Shown here: positions 38,301 to 47,235 of the stretch, one piece after another
How positions within the stretch are numbered: position 1 is the stretch's first letter
Layout of the letters: each line of letters begins with the position of its first letter
Origin: Welwitschia mirabilis
Lineage: Eukaryota
Reading direction: 5' to 3'
Assembly (NCBI GenBank): GCA_051453625.1
Contig: JBOZIK010000001.1
Span: 8,698,112-8,745,346, forward strand
Length of the DNA: 47,235 nt
The notes under the pieces: model-generated
The model's input: the letters and a program-made list of their open reading frames with translations, nothing else
The model's database searches: none
What the model was told of the DNA's origin: nothing
Translations under genes and position numbers: made by a program

Positions 38301-38922
38301 AGAAAATGCATTAACTTTAGAATTTAAAAGAGAGATTAAGGTTAATTCTAATTATAAGATAGATTTTAAATGATTATTATGTTAGATTATGTTTTACTAA
38401 TTAATGCCAAACTAATGTATTTTGTNNNNNNNNNNNNNNNNNNNNNNNNNNNNNNNNNNNNNNNNNNNNNNNNNNNNNNNNNNNNNNNNNNNNNNNNNNN
38501 NNNNNNNNNNNNNNNNNNNNNNNNNNNNNNNNNNNNNNNNNNNNNNNNNNNNNNNNNNNNNNNNNNNNNNNNNNNNNNNNNNNNNNNNNNNNNNNNNNNN
38601 NNNNNNNNNNNNNNNNNNNNNNNNNNNNNNNNNNNNNNNNNNNNNNNNNNNNNNNNNNNNNNNNNNNNNNNNNNNNNNNNNNNNNNNNNNNNNNNNNNNN
38701 NNNNNNNNNNNNNNNNNNNNNNNNNNNNNNNNNNNNNNNNNNNNNNNNNNNNNNNNNNNNNNNNNNNNNNNNNNNNNNNNNNNNNNNNNNNNNNNNNNNN
38801 NNNNNNNNNNNNNNNNNNNNNNNNNNNNNNNNNNNNNNNNNNNNNNNNNNNNNNNNNNNNNNNNNNNNNNNNNNNNNNNNNNNNNNNNNNNNNNNNNNNN
38901 NNNNNNNNNNNNNNNNNNNNNN

Positions 38923-40374
38923 TCTACTTGTTCACCCTTCAAAGGGGTTGACCAGATCCTAAAGGGATCGACCACACCTAAAGCTATCAAAGGAAAATAA
39001 ACTACATCTAGAGGTGTTGACCAGATTCTAATGGGGTTGATCAAACCTATAACTTACAGAACTAGAGTCCCTGAACCAAATGGCAAGGGATCAATCAGAT
39101 TTTCATGGGGTCAATTGAATTTGAGGATATGATAAATAGTATTAACAGACTCAGGATCAAGGAGTCGATCGGACCCAGGAAGAGGTCGATCGGATTAGGA
39201 TTGACTGGACCCAGATGGAGTCGACCAGACATGAAGACATGAAAACCTAAGGCAATTAAATCTTTCTTTTAGGTGACCTATGTAATTCACAGCACCACAT
39301 GGGGCTGACCATATTTTTGTGGGGTCAACTGGACAATGCAGAAAAGAAATTTTTTTAAACATTATGTATCTATTATCTAACCGTTAGGTAGAAGTTTTAT
39401 AGTCATTTATAGTTATTGGAGGTGCAAGTCAAATGTAATAAACCCTAATAGCCTTTTATTATAAATAGCTAAGCCATAGATGACTAATAGACTTTTTGGA
39501 ATCATTCTTATTTAGCTAAATCATTTTGGATCTAAAGGATCAAGTTGTGCATTGATACTTGTTATTACTATTGTATCTTAGCTTCTATACATCTGACTTG
39601 AGGAGATATTTCATTGACATATGTTCTTCATTCAAAGTCAGATCTAGATCATCATTGGTATACTTGTATAAGAGAAGAGCTCCATCTATTATACTATTTT
39701 CAGAACAAGTGATAGTTTTGCTATTGAGCATCACTACATCACTATCATTGTTTTCTAGAGGTTGAGACTAAGCCTTGAAAAGTCCNNNNNNNNNNNNNNN
39801 NNNNNNNNNNNNNNNNNNNNNNNNNNNNNNNNNNNNNNNNNNNNNNNNNNNNNNNNNNNNNNNNNNNNNNNNNNNNNNNNNNNNNTATACTAGTTTCAGA
39901 ACAAGAGATAGTTTTGCTATTGAGCATCACTACATCACTATCATTGTTTTCTAGAGGTTGAGACTAAGCCTTGAAAAGTCCATGCTATAGGTTAAGACTA
40001 AACCTTGAAAAGTCTATTCTAAAGGATGAGACTTAGCCTGGAAAAGTCTTCTTGTAAAGGTTACAGGTAAACCTAGAATATCTAATGGACTAACAGTGAT
40101 CCAAGATCAAGCTTGGAAGAAGCTAATCATCAAGAGTGGAGTAGGGGAGTTTCCCAAACCACTATAAATCTAACTTACATGAAATTGGTAGTTTTTGCTT
40201 TTAGTTTTTGATTCTTTACTTTCNNNNNNNNNNAGTGTCTTATCATTTTATGCATGTACTAGAATAATTTATTTTCATATGCAAGTTGTATTTTAAATAG
40301 TTTTATTTCATATTAATAGTTGATATTTTGAAAGAACCTATTCATCCACCCCTCTAGGATTCTCGATCCTATCA
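38923..40374 (+). repeat. Sirevirus 5' LTR (first ~130 bp hidden in the gap)
   Basis: Colinear with 45143-46299. Ends CCACCCCTCTAGGATTCTCGATCCTATCA. TATAAATA at 39460-39467. Confidence 0.9.
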
Positions 40375-40376
40375 TT

Positions 40377-40388
40377 TGGTATCAGAGC
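40377..40388 (+). promoter_or_regulatory. Primer binding site, tRNA-iMet (TGGTATCAGAGC)
   Basis: Exact motif 2 nt after the terminal CA of the LTR. Confidence 0.95.
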
Positions 40389-40440
40389 TAAGTTGAGTCT
40401 ACATTAGATTTTAACTAATCTTGGCCTTAAAACCCTAAAA

Positions 40441-42419
40441 ATTAATAACACTTCTGATGGATTTTCAATCGATCGTCCACCTATGTTTGATGGGTCAAAC
40501 TATGCTTATTGGAAAGCTAGGGTGAGAATATTTCTTAGATCCCTAGATGCTGACATAGAAGAAGTCATTTATAAAGGTTATACTATATCCATGATAATTT
40601 AAAGTGATGCAAATGGCAACACTATTCTAGTTCCCAAATTTAGAGATCAATGGATAGTTGCAAATAAGGCAAAAGCCACCATAAATGCCTATGCTATTAA
40701 TGCAATTTTTTGTATAGTATGTGTAGATGAATTCAAATAAATAGTGAACTGTAACCATGCTAAGAAAGCTTGGGACATTCTTGAAGTAGTACACGAGGAA
40801 TTCTCAACTATTGAACAAGCTAAACTCTAGATGCTCATTTCTAAAGTTGAAGATATTCATATGTATGAAGAAGAAACTTTGCAATAATTTTTTGCTAGAC
40901 TTATAGACATCATAAACTTAATGGCAAGCCTTGGAGAATGCATGGAGAAAAGAAAAGTGGTAAGAAAAGTCTTCAAATTCCTACCTAAGAGGTTTAAACC
41001 AAAGATGATAGCCATTAAAGAGAGCAAGAACATTAATGCAATAACATTAAAAGGACTTCAAGGTAATTTGCAAACCTATTAGCTTAAATTTATTAAAGAT
41101 AAAACAAAAGGTATTACTTTAAAATGTGTATAAGAAGACTAGATCTGACAGATTAGATGAGGAATTTGATAATGATGAAGTAACTCTTCTAGCCAAAAGA
41201 TTCAAAAAATTTCTTCATAGGAAGAAAAAGAAAGGTGAACTAAGTAGGAATACAAAGAGAAGTAACTCAAAACAAAGAAGAGAGCAAGAAAAGGGGAAAG
41301 AAATCCAATGCTACTCATGTAAAGGATGTGGACATATGGTAAATGAGTGTCCCAACATAAGGAGAGATACAAAATTTAAGGAATCCCTCATTTATGGCTA
41401 CATGAAACAACGAATATGATGAAGATGAGGAAAACTATTCAGATCATGAATCAAATAGAGAAAGAAGGTTGTCTTTCATGGCTTTTGTGCCAACTCTCAA
41501 GGATGTTTGTATCACATTAATGCTCCATGATTTGGATATAATAAATGAAGAAGAAGATGAGCTAAAAGACACATATTAAGAGCTGTATGATGAGTATGAA
41601 AAGCTAGCTAAGAGAATAAATGAGTTAAACAGAACCGTGAAATCTATTATCAAAGAAGAGAAGGAATTGTAAGAGAAATACAATGTGCTCAAATATGACA
41701 ATGTCAAGCTAATTTCTCAAGTAAAAGATCTTTCTTTTTTTGTAAATAAATTTTCTAGTAGCTCTTCTAAATTTGAATAAATGCTTGGAGTACAAAAGCC
41801 CATAGGAGACAAATCAGGTATTGGCTTTAGTACACAAAAGTCACAAAAACATGTAAACCAAACAAGTAAGTATGTGCTTAATATTTTGTGTAATTTTTAT
41901 GGTAATTTTGGTCATTTAAAATCTTTTTGCAAAGTTAGACAGTTAGTGCTTTTCTCTAAAAATGTAAACACATTATCTTTTAGGTTTGCTCCTAAGAAAA
42001 ATATATCACCTAAGTCAAATAAGATTAACTAAGTTAAAGCTAACAATCTTCAAAGTTTTCTGACACAGATAGCTTTCAAAGAATCACATATAAACAGTTG
42101 GTATCTAAACAGTAATTATTTAAGACATATGTCAGGAGAAAAATCAAGCTTTCAAAACTTAAGGATCATAAATGGAGGAGAAGGCATCTATGAAAACAAC
42201 AAAACAACACAAATAGAAGGTATTGGATGCATCAAGGGAGATATGTTACCTAGACTTGATAATGTTCTTTATGTTAATGGATTGAAACACAATTTATTAA
42301 GTGTGATTCAACTTTGTAACAAAGGACATAGAATAATTTTTAAAAAATTGAAATGTACTATTGTAAATAAGAAAACGAATGCTTCTATTTTTCTTACAAA
42401 ACATGTGAATAATAATTAG
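40441..42419 (+). pseudogene. gag: Sirevirus gag (N-terminal motif, UBN2, two CCHC knuckles, coiled coil) plus aspartic protease; multiple stops
   Basis: DRPPMFDGSNYAYWKARVRIFL, LPKRFKPKMIAIKESK, CYSCKGCGHMVNEC (~41309), CNFYGNFGHLKSFC (~41888), WYLNSNYLRHMSGEKS, VLYVNGLKHNLLSVIQLC. Confidence 0.92.
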
Positions 42420-42933
42420 AGATTAAATATTGATTAAAAGTTTCATGTAAACCATAATATTAGGAGAAATTTTGATGAAACTTAATTTTATTTTATAAAT
42501 TCTAATGAAATACCTAATTTTTATAGTCAATCGCTTAATCATGAAAATGATCTGGAAGTTCAGTCACCATCCCTTAGCTGATTATAGGGCAATCGACTAG
42601 ACCCATGATTCAGTTAATGAGATGTGGTTGATTGACCGACCTATCTAGACCCCTTCTAGTAATATAGACCCATGCCTCAAGAGGTTGACCGGAATCTCAA
42701 GCAGTCAACTGGACCTAACGGATTATAGTGCAGTAGTACAATCGGTAGACTTGATTTCTTTCTTCATTTCATCCAATTGCCTTCAGTCTATAAAAGAGAT
42801 AGAATCCTAAATTGATTTCATTATGCTCTAGCTCCTTCTAACCTTTAGATCTAGTGATTTTCTCTCAAGATCTAGAGATCTTACTTCTAGATCTAGTGAT
42901 TTTCTCAGTGTTTTTGCTTACAGAAGTATTAGA

Positions 42934-44161
42934 ATGATTGCAAGTACTTCTAGAAGAAGAACAAAGGAGGCTTCTCTAAGGAATCCAGCAATCTTCTATC
43001 AAGGAATGTTAGAAGATGATATTAAGAAGTTCAATGAGAAGTTTAAGACAAAGGCGGTGTACCAAGAATGATCTGTAGCTACATCTGAGCTCAAGAAACT
43101 CAGGAAAGTAATCCAACTCATGAGATATCAATATCTTGATCACTTCTTAGATGTTTTAGGTTTGGCTTATCCATTTCGATGTTTTTACTATAATACCTTT
43201 TTTGATCATGATTTTGGGGCTCTTAAGATCCTTGTTTTGGATAAAAGGACAAGAGTAATGGGAAATATTATCTCTCAACTAACTGATCTTCTANNNNNNN
43301 NNNNNNNNNNNNNNNNNNNNNNNNNNNNNNNNNNNNNNNNNNNNNNNNNNNNNNNNNNNNNNNNNNNNNNNNNNNNNNNNNNNNNNNNNNNNNTGATCAT
43401 GATTTTGGGGCTCTTAAGATCCTTGTTTTGATAAGAGGATAAGAGTAATGGGAAATATTATCTCTCAACTAACTGATCTTCTAAGATAGGACTATGAGGA
43501 GTTTTGGCCTCTTAGGGATACCATGGAACACAAACCAGTGGTTACCAGGGAGTTTTGTGGTAGGGTCTACTCTTGGAAGCACACTTTGTATACCTCTTTG
43601 TTAACTCCCAAATATCATTTTCTTCATTTGATTTTTACTTATAACCTTTTACNNNNNNNNNNNNNNNNNNNNNNNNNNNNNNNNNNNNNNNNNNNNNNNN
43701 NNNNNNNNNNNNNNNNNNNNNNNNNNNNNNNNNNNNNNNNNNNNNNNNNNNNNNNNNNNNNNNNNNNNNNNNNNNNNNNNNNNNNNNNNNNNNNNNNNNN
43801 NNNNNNNNNNNNNNNNNNNNNNNNNNNNNNNNNNNNNNNNNNNNNNNNNNNNNNNNNNNNNNNNNNNNNNNNNNNNNNNNNNNNNNNNNNNNNNNNNNNN
43901 NNNNNNNNNNNNNNNNNNNNNNNNNNNNNNNNNNNNNNNNNNNNNNNNNNNNNNNNNNNNNNNNNNNNNNNNNNNNNNNNNNNNNNNNNNNNNNNNNNNN
44001 NNNNNNNNNNNNNNNNNNNNNNNNNNNNNNNNNNNNNNNNNNNNNNNNNNNNNNNNNNNNNNNNTGAGACTCTCAATTCTACTCGCATTGGAGGAGATGA
44101 GGAAGAATCAGAGGAATACTTTGAAGAGGAGGAAGAAGAAGAAGAGGAGGAGTCTGATTAA
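42934..44161 (+). pseudogene. Sirevirus env-like ORF (PF20167-like) ending in a poly-Glu tail; partly in gaps
   Basis: ATG at 42934 (MIASTSRRRTKE...), GLAYPFRCFYYN (like YPxLVREFYAN), LTPKYHFLHLIFTYNLL, C-terminus DEEESEEYFEEEEEEEEESD*. Confidence 0.75.
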
Positions 44162-44739
44162 AATCTTTTATTTTTTAAATTATGTTTAGTGTTCTCTCCT
44201 TTGCCTCTATTGTCAAAAAGGTGAAAATTAGTTGTATTTGTTTGTTTGTTAAATTTCATTTGTATGCTTTTAATGAGAACCTTTTTCATTTGTAATCCTT
44301 ACATGTTAGACTTGTATTGTTTTCCTTATAATGCAATTTAGTTATCTATTTTAGCACAATATTGGTATCATTTGGTATATGTCATTTGGTAATGTGATAT
44401 TATATGTACTTTTTTTATAAANNNNNNNNNNNNNNNNNNNNNNNNNNNNNNNNNNNNNNNNNNNNNNNNNNNNNNNNNNNNNNNNNNNNNNNNNNNNNNN
44501 NNNNNNNNNNNNNNNNNNNNNGCTTGATTTGCAAATCTTAAAATTATTATAACATTTGAAAATGAATCAAAATATTTATGTCATCTAATTAAATAAGTAT
44601 TCTTGATCAGATTATGATTATCATTGTGCCTTATTAATTCCTAAATTATGCATAATTAAATTGCTTGCATTTAAAAGCATAAAATATTATTTATTCAAAA
44701 TACCTTAACTTGTCTTAAACTTGAATTATTACTTTGGCA

Positions 44740-45012
44740 TTAAGTTAAGGGGAGAAAATTTAATATTTCTGGCCACATATGTAAGGTTTATAATTCTTTT
44801 TCATTGATGTCAAAGGGGAAGAAATGTAGTATTCACATCAAAATTAAATACAATTTGCATTTATATTTGATTTACACTTGTTAGTTAATATTACTTATAT
44901 GGATTTGAGTAAGGGTAATTTCTTGAAAGTATTAGAAAAGAACTTAAAGATAACATATTTATTTAATTTTGAAATTACTTATTTATTTGCCATCAATGTT
45001 AAAGAGGGAGAT
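44740..45012 (+). promoter_or_regulatory. Multiple polypurine tracts upstream of the 3' LTR
   Basis: aaggggagaa (~44747), tgatgtcaaaggggaagaa (~44805), aatgttaaagagggagat (44995-45012). Confidence 0.85.
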
Positions 45013-46299
45013 TGTTGGATTATGTTTTAAAAATTAATGTCAAACTAATGTTTTTTTTATATCCAATGTTATATATTTTATGCAAAAAATATTAATGTTT
45101 TTCTAGGTTAAAAGATGGAACAAAAATATGCACCAGAAAACTATCTACTTCTTCACCCTTCAGAGGTGTCGACTAGATCCTAAAGAAGTCAATTGCACCT
45201 GAAGCTGTTAGGGGTTGACTAGATTTTAATGAAGTCAACTAGACCTATAACTTAGAGAATCAGAGTCCCTGAACTGAATGGCAAGTGTCAACCAGAATTT
45301 AATGGGCTTGACCAGATTTGAGGAACTGACAGACAGTATTCCCAAACTGAGAGTTAAGGGATTGACCAGACTTAAGAAGAAGACTAATGGATTAGGGTCC
45401 ACTGGATCCAGATGGGGTCGATCAGATATAGAGATATAAAAACCTAGGGTAATTGAATCTTTTGTACCACATGGGGTTGACTATATTTTTTTTTGGGTCG
45501 ACTAGACGGTGCAGAAAAGAAGTTTTTCTAAATGTTATGTATCTATTATCTAGCCATTAGGTAGATGTTTTTTAACCATTTATAGCTATCAAAGGTGCAA
45601 TTCAAATGTAATAAACCCTAGTAGCCTTCCATTATAAATAGCTAAGCCATAGATTATCAATAGACTTTTTAGAGCCACTCTCATTCGGCTAAATCATTTT
45701 GGATCTAAAGGATTAAGTTGTGCACTGACATTTGTTATCACTATTGTATCTTGGCTTCTACACATCTGACTTGAGGAGATCTTTGATTAGCATATGTGAT
45801 TAATTCAAAGTCAGATCTAGAGCATCATTGATGTATTTCTATAGGAGGAGAGATCCATCTATTGTACTATTTTCAGAACGAGTGATATCTATGCTATTGA
45901 GAAATTACTACATCACTATACTATTTTCTATAGGTTAAGACTAAGCCTTGAAAAGTTTGTTCCAAAAGTTGAGACTTAGCCTGGAAAAGTCCGCTTGTAA
46001 AGGTTACAAGTAAATCTAAAATACCTAGTGGAGTAACATAGATCCAAGATCTAGCTTGGGAGAAGCTGATCATTAAGAGTAGAGTAGGTGAGTTTCCTAG
46101 ATCACTATAAATCTGTTTTGCATCAAAGTGATAGTTTGTGCTTTTGTTTTTTGATTTTTTACTTTTAGTAGTTTAACTTGTGCACTTCACAGACTAATAT
46201 ATTTCATGCAAGTTTTTTTTAGATTGATTAGTCTCATATTATTTCTTGAATTTTTGAAAGAACCTATTCATTCGTCCTCTAGCTTTCTCGATCCTATCA
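45013..46299 (+). repeat. Sirevirus LTR (1287 bp), 3' LTR of the upstream element and 5' LTR of the next
   Basis: TGTTGGAT...GATCCTATCA, with a PPT on the left and a PBS on the right. TATAAATA at 45633-45640. Confidence 0.92.
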
Positions 46300-46301
46300 T
46301 T

Positions 46302-47235
46302 TTGTATCAGAGCAGGCTAAGTCATTTTCTTAGATCTTAGCCGATCTAGAATTAGAAACCACAATGGTTTTCCTTTTTGATGATTCTTTTAGTTTACCCT
46401 CCCTCGATACTTATGCTTTTATCTGTATATGTTGGATAGCTTAGGGCTATTTTTTTAAACAGACTACAGCTAGTAAAAACACACAGGAATCAAGTGAAAA
46501 AGATAAAATAAATGTTCAAGGTCATAACAAAGAAAGGAGATTCTCTTTTATGGGGCCTTCTTTATAGGATATGCTAAACACATTAGGTTATGATGCTCAT
46601 GATATGAGAGATGAAGATTAAGAAGATTTGGAAGACACCTGTTAAGATTTGTATCAAGAATGTAAAAAGATGGCTAGAAGGATAAATGACCTAAACAATG
46701 TTATAAAATTCCTCACCAAGGAAAAGAAAGAAATGGAATCAAGCCTCAAAAGAGTCAAATCCAAAAACTCCAACCTCACTTTGTAGGTAAAAGAATTATC
46801 TGATTTTGTTAATAAATTTTCAGGTGAATCTAACAAATTGGAATAACTGCTTGAATTTTAGAAACTAGTTGGCAGAAAATCAGGCATTGGTTTCATCTCT
46901 CAAACACCCTAAAAATAGAAAAATCAGGTAACCAATGATGGTAAGTTCTCTTCAAAAGTTATCCATCATTTTTGTGGAAGAATAGGCCATTCAAAAATTA
47001 TTTGTAATGCTAGAAAATTAATGTTTTTTTCAAACTCAGTTAGTTCCTTTCCATTTAATTTTATTCCTAAAGAAGGTGTACCACATAAGTCTAAAAAGAC
47101 TATGTGGGTGAAAGATAATGATCTCAAAAGTTTATTAATTTAGACAACTTTCAAGATCTCAAATAGTATAAGCTGGTATCTTCATAGTGGATGTTCAAGG
47201 CACATGATAGGAGACAAATCCAGATTCAAACATCT
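46302..47235 (+). mobile_element. Second Sirevirus internal region in tandem: PBS (TTGTATCAGAGC, 46302-46313), internally deleted gag, protease start; runs off the window
   Basis: 46530-47235 is colinear with 41460-42160 (HFCGRIGHSKIIC, WYLHSGCSRHMIGDKS). The UBN2 and first-knuckle region is absent. Confidence 0.88.

Larger units (their letters stand above)
38923..46299 (+). mobile_element. Near-complete non-autonomous Sirevirus: LTR-PBS-gag-protease-env-like-multiPPT-LTR, with no INT/RT/RNase H
   Basis: Two homologous LTRs, perfect PBS, gag with two zinc knuckles, protease, env-like ORF and PPTs. The 42420-42933 interval is gap-free and has no pol motifs. Confidence 0.88.

Noticed and set aside
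39690-39981. 96-bp near-identical duplication around the 39786-39885 gap
   Set aside because: It flanks a 100-N gap and is single-copy in the sister LTR, so it is most likely a contig or haplotype overlap.
43203-43483. ~90-bp duplication in the env-like ORF around the 43294-43393 gap
   Set aside because: Same gap-flanking overlap pattern, and the minus-strand paralog has only one copy.

Overview
Very AT-rich, CpG-depleted eukaryotic DNA with no intact host gene, almost certainly plant intergenic or heterochromatic sequence judging by the TE lineages. The window is a nest of decayed transposable elements in a gapped assembly (12 N-runs). It holds four Sirevirus-type (Copia SIRE/Maximus) segments (1-1780 minus, 31950-36111 minus, 38923-46299 plus, and a tandem copy 46300-47235 plus), several Athila-like Gypsy pieces, a Tekay-like LTR with an integrase fragment, a Tat-like 3' region with an antisense ORF and a 20-nt tandem array, and a degenerate CACTA (En/Spm) element with TnpD- and TnpA-like genes. 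A possible endogenous pararetrovirus (Caulimoviridae) relic lies at about 11.3-13.6 kb. The most notable structure is a Sirevirus-derived family, seen in two copies, that keeps gag/protease and an env-like ORF but lacks integrase, RT and RNase H. It carries an internal LTR-like promoter module ahead of the env-like ORF. All protein assignments come from manual translation and recalled family motifs; no database search was run, and most boundaries other than TG...CA LTR ends are approximate.
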